64,000 nt of DNA from Camelus ferus (GCF_009834535.1 NC_045698.1:5582001-5646000); one strand, 5' to 3'; shown: positions 36,685 to 50,713, counted from the stretch's first letter. The notes: a model not told the origin generated them from the letters alone. Translations and numbers: made by a program.

Positions 36685-37360
36685 GTCCATTCATTTATTC
36701 ATCCATTTATTCATCACTGAGGGATTGGAGAACACACACCACATGCTTATTCTTGTGCCCAGCAGTGGGGATGCTCATGCAATGATTCGCTCTGTGTTCT
36801 TGAGAAGCACCCAGTCTGGTCAGAGGGGCAGCTGAAAACTCTTATGCATAGTGTGAAGCGGGAGGTTGTGGCTTGAATGCAAGTGCTTATCCCAGCCTAG
36901 GGAGGTCAAGGAAAGCCTTTCTGCGAAGTTTATGTCTAATCTCCGTTATAAAGATATGGATTTAGGTGAGACAAACCCCTGCCAGTAACAGTCTCCAGCA
37001 CAGGAGAGGAGGACAGGGCAAAGGCCCAGAGGCGGGATGCTCTTGAGAAACTGACCCAGTCTGAAGACAAGGATGCTCTGAACCCAGAAATCTAGGAAAT
37101 GACCCTCTCTGATGAAGGTGCGGAAGGATTTAGAGACTGGATCTGGTCTTAAGCCAAAGAGAGGTCCTTAAATTGATCTGAATTTTTAGATGACTCTCTT
37201 TGGATTAGCTGGTGTTGAGACTGAAGGAGGTAGACCAGTGACTAGGAAGCTGTTGAGGAGGGCAGGTGAGAGGTGCCTTCCCCAAGGCTGTATCTGGGAA
37301 GTGGAGGAAGGTAAACACATCTGAGCCATACTAAGAAGGGAGAATTGACAGGGGGACTTC
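36685..37360 (-). mobile_element. L2 3' fragment
   Basis: Starts with a (CATT)n-like L2 tail TCCATTCATTTATTCATCCATTTATTCA; GGAGGTAGACCAGTGACTAGGAAGCTGTTG. Confidence 0.6.
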
Positions 37361-38273
37361 TGGGACAATCTGGCCACAAACTGCATGCATTTGATTGAAG
37401 ATACTCCGTTATCCAGAGTGTTTTGATTTTTATCAGAGTAATTACAGGCAGCAGGAGGGGGTCTGTGGTGCACCTGCAGCCAGTCAGATGTTAATGGATG
37501 AATATATGTAAAAAAACCCCACCATGGTGGATGAAATACACATTTGGCCCATAGTGACGATTTTTATATGCACTTACATTTATTTAAGTGTCGCTAAGTA
37601 TTCTACATAGTTGCTCTCCCACTCCTTAATCATAACTGACTGCGCCGGCATTTACATAGGAGGGAAAGAAATCTTATGAGATTTAGGAACTCACCCACTT
37701 TAGGTGCTGTGAAGTCCGGGGTCCATCAAGGTCAGGGGCGTCCCACCCCAAAGCCCATGTGTTGGGGCAACTTCCAGTGCTGATTCTTTGGTCCTTGGAA
37801 GTGCGCTCCGTTAGTGATTCCTGGCTTCTCTCTTCTCTCCTCCCTGTGCCCAGGGAAGAGCCGTGTCTGAGTAGCTTTCCCGGGACCAGTGAGCTGGGCG
37901 TCTCGATGCCACCCTGTCCTGTCCTCTGTGGGACACCTGCCTGCCCCAGCGAGTCCGCTGTGCAGCCCTGCCCTTGGCCTGGGCAGGAGGAGGGAGAGGC
38001 AGGTTTGCAGAGCCTCCTTTCCTCTGCAGGAACCTCTATCAGGTGTGGGGTGATGCTCCAATAGCCATCTGCCCGCTGACTACCCCCCTGAGGCAGAGCC
38101 CAGGTGGGGGAACGGGTGGGTTGTACCCTCTGAGACCCCGCACCTTGGTCTCCCCGTCAGCCACTGCCTGTCACGGGGAGACTGAACAATCCGCTTCTGC
38201 CACATACTGGTTTGTGTTCCTCATTCCTGCAAGTGAGGCTGGGGCTACAGACCCACCCTCACCCTGCCCTGGG

Positions 38274-38325
38274 TGACATCACTTGTGGCTGCAGCCCACT
38301 GACGTCACACACTTGGGTGACGTCA
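38274..38325. promoter_or_regulatory. Cluster of CRE (CREB/ATF/CREM) sites; candidate enhancer or promoter
   Basis: Perfect TGACGTCA at 38300-38307 and 38318-38325; variant TGACATCA at 38274-38281. Confidence 0.5.
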
Positions 38326-40937
38326 GAGGAGGGCTCACAGCCTGGCAGAGACTCCTGGGCCACTATGCCAGTTCTGGTGCCAAAGCCAAGCATGTATTCT
38401 CAACTTTGCCTGAATCTGTTGACTGCCTTTCAAAACTGTAAAGGCACTTTGTAGAACATTTTTACAAATGATACTGGAAATGCTATGAAATCAAGACATC
38501 AGTACAGTATTGGCTCAGGGCAAGTTTCCTCATATGTAATGTTTCCTGTCATTTTCTTTTCAGGGTCCCTTTTCATGTGACCCTTAGTGCTGGAATTTTA
38601 TTTTTGCAGAACATTTTGCCTTCAGTAAACAACCCATTAGAAGAAATAGAATTCAGTTTTGCTCTGAATTTATCTTACATAAGAAATTTTCTGTAGCAAA
38701 TAAGTACAAATCAGCATTTTATTCTGAACAAAAATTACAGGTGCAGAAAAAAGAACTTGCAAAGGAAAAAAAAAAGAAAAGATAAAACAACGTAACCAGT
38801 ATTGAGAATGTTGTGACCCAAATCTCACTGTTTTGTGTAGAAACTAGGACCATAAGAAGAGCTTTGTCCTCTCTGGTGTTAGCTGCAGACAGATAATCTG
38901 ACCAACTAGAATTGCTCAGGCTTCTCGGTGTCTTTAGTTTTATTTTTTTATTTCTCTGTGGTCTGACACCTTCCTAGGCAAGTGTTCAGGGTGTTTTCTC
39001 ATTCTTCACTCATTTATTTGGAATGAAGACTTCTGAAGCACCAAGGATGGGCAGCTAGCCCCGTTATTGACACATCGCTCTTGTTGGGACCATATCAGAG
39101 TGTTTCTTAGAAATCAGCCTGGCTTTCAAGAATGGTCCATAGTGTGTGATAAATATTTGATTCTAGCCAAATATTATTATACATAGTTTGTGTCCTTAAA
39201 AAAATTAAGTGGCTCACTATAAGGATTAATAAAATGCAGATTATAATCATTTTAGTTTTCCCTTATTAATTAAAACGCAGGTGGTGTCTGGGGGTGAGAC
39301 ACAAGGCATCCACTTTAAAAAACCCTCGTATGATCCACTATATGATAGAAACCCAATGTCACATTGTCCAAAACAGCATGGAGGCAGTGAATACGAAAAG
39401 AAACTAAAATGGCTGCAGTACATTTAGGGCAACATAAGAAATACTCTGATTTTTATTTCTACTTAACCCGATGCATCTGTGTTGAATGGGAGTCTAGTTT
39501 ATTATTTATTGATGAGTAATTTGGTTGCTCACTTTCCATCTTTAGGTCTCCTTGCTTAATGTTCAAGTTGATGTACCTGAACTTGATTTTTCTTTCTTTT
39601 CTTTTCCTTCCTTTGTGGTAAAAGTCTTCATAGATTCCAGAAACAGAATCTCCGTGACCTTGTCAAATGCTTCACTACAAACACTTTACTTCTTCTATAT
39701 TCTATGAGTCCAGAATGCATCATTTTGGTGCTTTTACTTATTTTTCCCTGCAGATAGCATTTATTGATTGGTCTTAACATTTATCAAAGACCTACCTGGT
39801 TTCTTTTCAATGAATAATGAATCAAAACCAGTTTAAGCCGAGACACTGATTCTCAGCTTTCCTGAAGGAGATTCATTTCTCACTGGATACAAAGCCTGGT
39901 AATCATCAAGCAACAGAGACATTTGATCATCTGAACATACTTCAGCTAGTAATTAAAAACACTCTAGCACCAATATGGATTCTTGGTTTTTTAATTCCAT
40001 CTTTCCTACCCAATTATTTCTAGTGCCTGCTGGACAGATGAGAATCTTAGGTTGCCTTTCTGAGGCTGGAGGAAGACCGATGCATGCCTATGGGTGTTGG
40101 TGTAGACGAGATTAAGACAAGCCCTGTACAGGTGACCCAGGTAATTTTCGGGGATGTCATTAACATGTAGAGCTGCGCTCTTCCCTCCCATTTTTAAATC
40201 AAGAGATTTCAAAATTCCTTCTGGGTCTCTATTTTAAGCCAGTAAGAAAAGCTCGGGGCAAGACTCCCTGTGGCTGGCATTGCTTCTGGGAAATGAAGAT
40301 ATCTCGGCTTCTTAAAATGTTAGAAATGACAGTAAAATGCCTTTCTCAGTGTTACCAGGGATTTTCCCTGTGGTTCTGGGTTTAATCTTAAAACTGGAAG
40401 ATCACAAAAATGAAAATCTGTAAAGAAATAAATCATGGGAAATCTTTCAATTTGCTCAACCATTTCAATGTTTTATGACCCATATATGTTGGTATTGATA
40501 AGTGAAGGACAGATATTATTTGCATTTTTCAGAAGATAAAAAAAGCAGATATTGCCATGTAACTGAGCGAGGTCACAGCTTAAGACCCCATGATTTAGCT
40601 CTGACCGCCCCTTCTCCAAGGAGGTCATTTCCCAACAAAGCGGCAGCAGTGGCCGCCGTATGGAGCTGCAGGATGGACGGAAGACAAAGGCCAGGTGCAC
40701 AGGATAAACCGTCCCCACCTGGCTTGCCTGGGGCAGCACGTGGCTCACCATCACTGTTCGGGGAACTCACCCACGTTGAGGCGCTACCGCTGGCAGCGCG
40801 TAGTCTAGGTCTGGAGAGTCTGTGGCAAACAAGCTTTCTCTTATGGCGAGCTTACGTCCTCAGTGCGCAGGGGTTAAGCCAAGTTTTCTCAGAAAATTAA
40901 TAAACAATGTCATACGGAGATTCCAATACTTTAGAAC

Positions 40938-41574
40938 TGATATTGAACCTGGTTTGTTTACCCAGCACTCAGAAAGTCAAAATGCTGAGATGCTGAGGTT
41001 TTCAGCAAAGAAAGGGTTTACTCACAAGGCAGCCAAGTGAGGAGCTGGGAGAACAACCCTGAAGGAGACGGTCTGGTGACATTAGGGGACAAGGAAGCGG
41101 GGTGGTCCTGGGCGTGGGGAAAGGTGAATGGTGGTGAGGGAGGGGAGAGGCCATCGGTGTTCTGTGCAGGTGCACATGAGTTACCTGCTTCTTTGTGGGA
41201 TGCGTGCTCAAAAATAGAGGTGGTTAGTGTGATCTGAGGGTGAGGTTTGTGGACCTCTGACATCAAAAGGTCACTTATCAGACACTTGCACAGGCACAGT
41301 TTTCGGGTCAGTGGCCCCAACTAGTCTTGGCCAGTAAGAACTTGAACTAGATATAGCTGACTCCAAGTTTCTAGGCAACAACTCAGGCAAACATCGTATT
41401 GTTTAAGCTACGTGAAACTTGGAGGCGATGCACTTTGGAACAGGGTAATTAAGACAAGCTTGCTCAGTAAAGGCAGGGTACAAGCCTTGGGGGTTTTTAA
41501 TACACTCTGAGACAAGCACAAGGATTTCTGTTAGTCGCCAGCTTCCGTTAACGCCACGCGGCATCGTTACCACA
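40938..41574 (-). mobile_element. ERV1-like solo LTR
   Basis: TG...CA termini; 4-bp TSD GAAC at 40934-40937 and 41575-41578; minus-strand AGTAAA polyA variant near 41017. Confidence 0.85.
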
Positions 41575-44191
41575 GAACCGGGACCACTTGTCAGGACGCA
41601 AGCCTGAAGCCGAAGCGCTGGGCCTTGACTCTCGGCAGGTTCTCACCCATGGGAAGTCCCAGCAGTCCTCCTCCTCTCCTTGTGACTGCGTCTTTACCTT
41701 CTCCCTCGATGATGTGTTTCCCTCTTCCAGGGAAGTCCTGGACTGAAAGAATCTGTTCTTTCGCGGGTAGATGAGCTGACAGCACTCGCTCTCTCAGAGA
41801 GATTCACAGAAGAGGTGGCTGTGAAGACGGTTTTCCTTCCCCCCACAGCAGCCCTTCAGTGCCTGCGAGAGGAAGGCCTTCCCCATCAGGGGAGGGACGT
41901 TCTGTCTGCAGCAGAGAATAGAGCCGTCACATGACCTGGTTGGGACTTTCAGACAAGCTCCCAGTGCCTGATCATGGGGGTTCCTTCAGGGCAAAACAGA
42001 AACAGCACATTCATAAATTCTTCTAGTTTCTGCTGGGTTTGTTACTTAAGTTGCTTTACTAGGCATATGGAAGCAGAATCTAAAATGAGTGAAAGGCTTT
42101 TTCCAAATCATTTTTTTTAAAAAAATTATAGACCGGAAGTGATCAGCATTATAGGTTTTGGAAGTAGGAAGGGACAAAAGGACAGGCTGGAAAAAGACGT
42201 GAGAAGGAGGCTGGATGTACACAGGGGCTGCTAGCTGACTTTCTTTCCACCACCGAGGCAAAGCCACACCTGAACGGAGAGCTGCCGCCGAGGCCCAGGT
42301 GCTGCCGGGCCGGGACGAGCGCGCACGGGGGGCGGCTGCGCTCATGGGTTCAGGAGCAGCAGGGCTGGAGAGGACGGCACCCGCTCCGTCTGCACGGCCC
42401 CCACGTCCAGCGCTGAGATGTGTATTTGCTGGGGCACTTGGGAATTAAGTGGCTTGTGTGATTTAATCTCATGCCAGTCCTCAGCTTTAAGTTTCAAGTG
42501 ATCTTGCCCTTGCAAGAAATACGCTTTTCCTCAAGGATCTCTGAAAAATCCCACGAGCACCGTTCTTGGATAAATATTGTCACTTCAACTGACAAATGGA
42601 AAAGCCAGACACAGGGTCCCCAGGGCAGTGGGTGGCATCAAAGGGTTCTGGGCTGGGAATTAAAGCCACACCTTCAGGACCCCGTGCTGCCCCCACTCTT
42701 TGGGTGGTCAAGGGCACGTCCCCAGCCTTTCCCAGGACTTCGCCTTTCCCTTCACATGCTAATGGGGTTGGAGAGCCACGCCCAGCAACTCCCCGCCACA
42801 CTCCTCCCAGCTTATTGGAGTCAATGGTTCTCAACTCTGACCTTATAGGGCACTTATGATTGCCTTTGACGTTTGTGTCCTCACCCTGATGAGCTGGTAA
42901 CAGCTTGGGGTGAAGTGGGGTCTCTCTCTAGACCTTTGCCCATGGAATTGAACGACAGTCACCTTGAGCTCACTGTGCAGAGAGCTGATGCCTCACACAG
43001 CAGAACTAGCAGGAAATACAATAAAACAAAAAATCTCAGCATGGAACAGCTTAAAATCTAGAAGTCAAGCAAAGGCAACACAAGGCACCCGACACAGTGT
43101 GTCCTGTGTAAAATCATTGACTGAATGAAGGCCATGTTGGGGTTGGCATCCTTTGTTTCAACAAACAGGACAGAATTTCCGACTAAAAGAAATTCGTAAA
43201 CACCATTGACCAGCTGGGAAAATTTGAGAAGACTGAACTCCCAGACTTTCACTTATTCCTGTTTGTGTTCCTCACACAATAATGAGATAATCAAAAGCAA
43301 TGCTGCACATGACACTGGCTGGGGGATGTTATGTGTCATGTGGAGTGTTCATTCTGCTTTTATTAAAGTCTCAGGTTTGGGAGCATGGTTCCGACATCTT
43401 GATTTCTGAGTTGGGTCTTACAATCGTCTCAGGGTTTAATAGCCTGTCAAAAGTCTGACAGAGAAGGTGGTAGGACTTAATCTAGCCAGCTTGTCTGATG
43501 AACCATTTATTATTTCACTCATCCCCATTCTTCTCCCACCATCCAAGTGCTTCACGGGTGTGGCTCTTTTACAATTGTGGAACTGAATGATGGCAAACTT
43601 GAGGTGTCCAGTCAGAGGTCATTCTTTTTTCTGATAAACATGAAACCGTAATTACCTTTAATACATCAATTAACATAAACAAAGATAACAGGGCAGCTGT
43701 TTCTTCATGATGGTGGGAGCTGCTTGAGGGTCAGGGTGATAGCATTTCATCTCTGTTACCACAACTGTCTGGAAAGTATCAGGCTTTAAAGACATACATA
43801 GAATAAGCGAGTGAGGAATGAATAAAATCAACAATATTCTGATTATGCTTTATGATCAATCATGGTCTCATCTAAATGCCACAGGGAGCTGGAGATCTGC
43901 TAGTCCAAACCCTGTGTTCTGAGGAGGCTGAAATGCAAATGGAAGGAGTTACCAACCAAGGCTGTAAAATTATGAAGTGTCTAGCAACAAATCGTAAGGC
44001 GCCCAGCACAAGGTCTGTGTCCTACCCTATCCCATACTGCATTCTTAGCTGTGGTGAGCAGTCTTTGTGTTTACAGAGTGAATTAGAAGCCAACCTTAGA
44101 TTTGTTTCCTGAGGCTTCTGTGTCCTGAGAGGTTGGGTTGTGCCCAAATGTGCCTTTTCACTAATATGCTTGATACCCCTGGTTGAGGAAT

Positions 44192-44837
44192 TGTAACTGA
44201 TCACGACCCAGTGGAGACTTCCTGGGACAGACATCCCCCATGTTCTCCACCTGCCTCTTGTTTGTAGATAAACTTTAGCCTCCTGAGGCTTCCCCAAGTT
44301 CCAAAGAATAAATTTAATCGGAGAAATGAGAAAATGCAGAAACAAAGGAAAACAGTTATGCAAGACAAAGTAATAGTTTAGCCATCAAACAAAGTCAAGG
44401 ACCTTTAGCTCCTCCTCAAGGACGATAGATAATGCTCTGAGCCACGTCCTTGGAGCTGTTTTGCAGACAGTGAAACCCCCACCAGGTAACAGAAGTTAAC
44501 TGTTTGCTGCCCACAAGCACATAGACCCCAGAACAATTGGAAGCAGCAGGTTAATGATATTGACTACTGATAATCTCACCACAAACCAATCCAAAAAATG
44601 TCCATGAGCTGATCACACACCCAGCAACCCTGTCCTCAGCACACAGCCCCTTTCTCTTTTCCCTATATAATCTCTGAGCAAAACCTGGGGCATGGGAGTT
44701 AGTTCTTTGGGGCATGAGTCCACCTTCTTCCCAAGATTGCTGGCTTCCTCAATAAAGCTCTCTTTCCTTTTACCCAGCACTTGTCTTTCAGTATTGGATT
44801 CTTGAGCAACAAGCAACCAAACCTGAGTTTGATAACA
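44192..44837 (+). mobile_element. ERV1-like solo LTR
   Basis: TGTAACT...GATAACA; TSD GAAT at 44188-44191 and 44838-44841; TATATAA at about 44664; AATAAA at 44751. Confidence 0.92.
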
Positions 44838-47305
44838 GAATGAGGGTGACGAAGCCCTGACAGCATCAGGACCCCTGCACATCCCTCCCTGGGAGGTGAC
44901 GCAAAGCATTGCCTTCACCCAACAGAGAGGACTTTTTTGTTTCCTGCCCTGCCTTTGGCCCCTCTTCTTGTCCTTCAGGTAGAGAAGTGTCGACTTTCCT
45001 CAAATATCTATTCCTGTTTGTTAAGCTGCTCCAAGACAGTGTTAGTTAGAAACAGATAATGTAGAGATGGACTCACTTCAGACTTCCTGAGATAGAGAAA
45101 AAGAAAAATATTAAGTATGTGGCTTGTGAGTAATCTAATGATTTCACTTTCTTATCATGTATCTCCAAATCCAGGTTGAGTCTCATCCCCTGAAAACACG
45201 TCCATGAACTAGCTCATCCTCAGATGATTTTACTTCTGTGCATGTTTGCAACACCCCCTTGCCCTAGTGCTTATTGCTGCACCTTCCTGGATCTTCAGTG
45301 TCCCGGCAGGTGGCAAAGACATCCCACCCCCCCCAGCCAGAGACCCCCACTGGCTGGGCCCGGGGGCTGGTGGGCTTTCCCATGCCTGAGATCCCCCGTG
45401 AGCATCTAACCTCTGCTCTTCCTGGAGCCTCTGCCTTTACTGGCTCTTCTCCAGAGTTTGGAATTGTTCCTTCTGCTCTGGGAGGGTCTCCTTCCTGGGA
45501 ATCCAATCACATGGGAATTTTACTTTCCTGGATTAAACTCTCATATGGGTTGTTTTGTATTAGTCAGCAGCTGCCATGCTTCCTGAAACGGTGGCTTGGG
45601 TTCTGCTGGAGGCAAGCCGATCTGTCTGGCAGCCAAGTTAAACAGGAGGTGCTTTTAGACCATTTTTGGAATTATTCTTTTTCTCTTGACATTCAGTTGT
45701 AATTATGGGAATTTAGATACCTATGGGTTTTGACACAAGGCCCTGGGACTTTTTGAGGCTTCTGGCACAATTCCTGTGTCTAGTAATCACCAAAAGATCA
45801 AGAAAGCAGGGAGAAGTGGATTCATTCATTGTGGATAATTTGTACCAGGCAGTGCATCTTACGACATCTCAAGAAGACATCTTCCTGATCTGTGATAGAG
45901 GCAAATGACATTTCTGGTTTCCAGATAAATTGGTTACTAGCTTTTTTGATTGCTGGGACTATTCAAGGGTCTTATTCACTCTGATCCCTGATCTGGCCTA
46001 TCATTTCCTGGTGACAACCCAATTGTCCTTGATGTTTCCTAGTGTTAATTACTAGTGTTAACTTTAGTCTGTGGAGCTAGAGAAATATTTTAGTTATTTT
46101 GTCTTTTACTGGGGAGGAGTTTACAATAAAGTTTTCCTTAAAATAAATAGAAATGTTCCCTCTGACTTTCCTCTCTTCCTTTCCAATCCAAAATGAACAA
46201 ATATTACAAAAATAGGTGAATCCCTTCTTTAAATTAAACTGGCTTCCTATGTGACCACGCAATAAGAATCAGCCACCTTATCTTGTCATCACTGCTTCAC
46301 CTGCTGAGTAACAAACATCCCTCTTTTTCAAAGGAGATAGGGCCCCAGGTTTCTCTACACCCTTAATTGTGATGTCCTACTTTTTTGCCCACCTCCCTTT
46401 ACAGTGTGAATACTAAGTTTCTCGTAGCTACTCTTCCAGATGGCCCCAGTGAACCACAGTGCCTGAGGGTCGCATCCTGGGGGCCTACTTGTGTAACCAA
46501 CAGAATGCAGTGGCCGGGATCCAGCTCCTGAGACCTAACTCCCATCCCAATCCCAAGCCAGGCTCTTTGTGAACCCCAGGCTGTAGGCGCTGCCCTCAGG
46601 AGCAGGCGCTGGCAGGTCCCGAGAAAGAATTTTAAAGGAATATCCTGCTTTATCTGGAGCTAACTACATTAAATTTTCTGACGTGAGGAGGGGGCTGGGC
46701 TTGAGATTATTTGATTAAAGAAAGGTAAGGTTGTACAGTTTTTTCTTTTTTGCATGCCTGAGTTTGTGGCCACTACAAAGAAACAAATACATCTTGCATA
46801 AAAATTTGGATTTTTCAGCTTAAGTTGTTATCTTAAGATTCTGCAGAAAGCCAGTCATATAGTTAAAGCTTAATATCAGGTTTTCTGACTCAAAGTCAAA
46901 CACATTTTTTTTTCCTTTGTCAGTTTGTAGAAGCAACAACTTCCAACAGGCCTCGCGGGAGGGGCCTCTTGTCTCTATGTGTGCGCCCAGGTTATTTTTG
47001 GACAGCTTGTCTCTAGGACATTGAGGAAGGCCTTGAATTTAGTGTTGCATGTTGTGCCGTTGTTTGTTCTGGACACTTCTTGCCTAGTGGCTGTTGGGAA
47101 ATCAGGGCTCTGGTTTCTGCTACAAACTCTGAGATTTTGGCGTCTTCCTCAAACTGGAAGAAATAAATATTTGTGCTGTTTTACACTTCTTTGGCTCTCA
47201 CTCAAGATAAGCCAAGCAGATGTATTTCTTTCTGCTTTGGGACTTTGTGCTGGAAAAGACAGTCCTGGGTGAAAACAGGAGGACACAGGAGGCCAGCTGG
47301 TGCGG

Positions 47306-48367
47306 GACAGAGCAGAAGAAACTGTCGACAAAATGCAAAGACAATCTACTGAAGGGGAGAAAATATCTGCAAATTATGGGACTGATAAGGGGTTAATATC
47401 CAAAATATAGAAACACTTCACACAATTCAGTATTTTAAAAAATTGATTAAAAGTGAGCAGAAGACTTGAATAAACACGTTTCCAAAGAGGACAGACAGAA
47501 GGTCAACAGGCATATAAAAAATGCTCAACATTGCTAATTATTAGAGAAAAGCAAATCAAACCCATAATGAGATACCACCTCTCACCTGTCAGAATGGTTC
47601 ACCAAAATGAACACAAATAACAAACGTTGGGGAGAATGTGGAGAAAAGGAAGACTTGTACGCTGTTGCAGGAAATGTGAATTGGTGCAGCCACCACGGAA
47701 GACAGTATGGAAGTTTTTAAAAAAAACTAAAAATAGAACTGTCATATGATCCAGCAATTCTACACCTGGGTCTATACCTGAAAAAAATGAAAATACTAAT
47801 TCTGAAAGATACATGCACCCCAGTGTTCATAGTAGCACTATTTACAATAGCCAAGATGTGGGAGCAGCCCAGGTTTCCATCAACAGATGAATGGGTAAAG
47901 AAGATGTGGTGTGTATACACAATAGAATGCGACTCAGCCATAAAAAATAATGAAATTCTGCTGTTTGCAACAATGTGGATGAACTTAGAGAGTACTATGC
48001 TTAGTGAAATAAATCAAAGACAAATACCTTAGGTTATCACCTGTATGTGGAATCTAAGAAATCAAACAAATGTATATAATAAAACAGAAAACAGGCTCAC
48101 GGTTATGGAAAATAGACTAGTGGTTACCAGTGGGAAGAGGAAAGGAGAGAGGGGCAAGAGAGGGGTATGGGTTTAAAAGATGCAAACTATTATGTGTGAA
48201 ATAGATAAGCAACAAGGATGTATTGTACAGCATAGGGGAATATAGCCATTTTTTTGTAATTGCTTTAAATGGAGTATAATCTATAAAAATATTGAATCTC
48301 TATGTTGTACACCTGAAACTAATACAATATTGTAAATCAACTATATTTCAATAAAAATAAAATAAAC
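47306..48367 (+). mobile_element. L1 3' fragment (degenerate ORF2 C-terminus, 3'UTR, tail)
   Basis: ORF 47787-48032 KDTCTPVFIVALFTIAKMWEQPRFPSTDEW; ends CAATAAAAATAAAATAAA. Confidence 0.95.
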
Positions 48368-49509
48368 CTTGGTCAAAAATAGAAGGAAAATTTTAATAAG
48401 CTAAAAGATTTAATCCATATATAGGGCTGTTTAATGTCAGTGAGACAAGTACCTGAGAAAAAGTGTAATATGTAAATCAGGTTTTCTTCACCTCTTTGTC
48501 CGGAGCTTACAAGGGTACACAGGATCTGATCATATGAATCCAGGTCAGGCGTACATGAGCAGGTATGTTTCCTGGAGCACAGTCCTAGAGAACAGTACCT
48601 CCTTATCTACAGACCTGTTAATTAACTTGAAGTGTTACTTTCTCTCCATCTTCTCCTACCAAGCACCCAAAATACAAAGGAAGAACAAATATAGGTTAGC
48701 TCCCATAGACTCTCCCATTAAAAAAGGGGCAAAATGGGAGACACACATAACTCATTGGTCCACAATAATTCTGAAATCTAACAGGATCACTGGGGGCTGC
48801 AGCCAGAATTTAAATATGGAGAGCTAGTTCTAGAACCCCTGCTTTTAGTTACCACCCCATGCCACCTCTTACAACCTTACATGGCTTTGTAAGTTTTAAT
48901 GGAGATCTGAACCTTGAAAATCCTGTATCATCCTTTGTTACTACTTTTCCATCTTCTTTCATTGCTACTGGCATATTTTATAGAAGCTTAATTTTCACAT
49001 GCTGGCTTCAGATTGACCTCCGTCCCAATTTAGTTGACTAGGAGGATTGTTTCAGACAATATCCTGCAGAAACCTGCAGTGAGCCGACAGAATGACTATG
49101 AACTAACTCAAAACATATTTTGAGAGCATCAGTGTGCCCTCCTGATTATCAATAGACAGTGGCTATTGATCAAGAAGAGGATGAGATGCCAAGTAAGAGA
49201 AACTGTGCCACATCCTGTGTGTTATGTTGCTCAAATTGTTTCTTTTTGTGTATTTTCTCTTCAGAATTCTTTATGCAATCTTAATGCAGATAGTACCCAG
49301 AGTTGTTAGCAGAGATGAGAAGAGAAATTAGACTTATTCTGTATGACTGTATTAGTTGGACCTACACAAATGTCAAAAGTAAACATAATGAATTTTATGC
49401 AATGATTTTACAAGATAATTTTCTAAAGATGGAATGGAATATCTAGGGAGGTAATGAGTATCCATTCACAGAGGGGTTTAATCATATGCTGGATGACAAA
49501 GTGATATGA

Positions 49510-50470
49510 ATGGACTGATTAATTCATGAAACAAGTGCAGTATTGACTAAGTGATTTCTATGTACCAGGCATTGTTTCTGGCACTGGGATTCAGCAGTAA
49601 ACAAAAAAAGGCTAAAATACAACTTGGGCATTAAATTCTAGTGGAGAAAAGGAAATTCTAGTTGGGAGCGACTTAAGGGGAAGAGGCTTGCAGGCACTGA
49701 GTGAAGGACCTTGGTTTGAGGAGGAACAGAGGGATGACGTGATACTGGCAGAGGGATGGGGAGTAAAGAGACAGTTACTTATTTTTTAAAGATGTGTGAG
49801 GCCAGAGCCGGAGATGACCCGGTAGAGAAAATTGGTGAAGTGGGGGAGAGGGGGAGCATTGCCTGAGCAACGTCCTTAGTGAGGAAAGAGGGGATGGGTT
49901 CTCGCTCATGTGTGGACACACCACTTTAGGACAGTCCATCCGTGGCACCAGGATGGAGGGCGGAACATACAGGCAGAGTTGCACATGGTTTCTCCATGAA
50001 ATGGACTGCAGGTCTTCAGCTGAGATAGGATCGGGAGGAAGTGTGGAAGTTTGAGGAAAGAGGAGGGAGGAGAGTAAGTAAGTGAACAGAAGAGAGAAAG
50101 TAGGAGAGGAGACCAGGGAACTGAAAAGCAGTTCATGTGGAAAACTATCTTCACAGACATTGAAGAGTGATGGCAGTGTTAGTGTCGGGAAGAATAAGGG
50201 TGAGTGATGGTGAGCCAGGAGACAAAATCCTCATGGGATGAACGGTGAGTCCAGGGATTGGTAAAAGATAGCAGCAGCGCAGGGTATGGGGTAGTTATTA
50301 TTTTGATATATATGAGAGTCAGACTTGGGGGAGCTAGGCAGGAGGGGAGGCGCGTGGTCTGGAAGCACAGGAATGAGCACCAAAGACCAAGTTGCAATTA
50401 CCTTCAGTCCAGGCCCAGGGTGCGATCCCATGGCATAGACGAGGGTAGGGAGGTCTTGTCCCTTCTTTGA
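49510..50470 (-). mobile_element. L2 fragments
   Basis: TTTCTATGTACCAGGCATTGTTTCTGGCACTGGGATTCAGCAGTAAACAAAA is a typical antisense L2 3' end, followed by degenerate purine-rich sequence. Confidence 0.6.
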
Positions 50471-50557
50471 AAGCAAACAGAGATGGTTGAGGGTTTGAGC
50501 ACCTGCTGCAGCATTATTCACTAGAATAGATAACTTAGAATATATAATGGTATTCAT

Positions 50558-50593
50558 TATATATGTGTGTGTGTGTGTATGTATGTGTGTGTG

Positions 50594-50650
<57 letters not shown>

Positions 50651-50676
50651 GAGACTAGATAGTCAGAGACAGAGAG

Positions 50677-50713
<37 letters not shown>

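Noticed and set aside
45077..45086. 10-nt minus-strand microexon (pyrimidine tract-CAG|GAAGTCTGAA|GTGAGT); similar 8-nt case at 21837-21844
   Set aside because: Not multiples of 3, no host gene established, and such juxtapositions arise by chance
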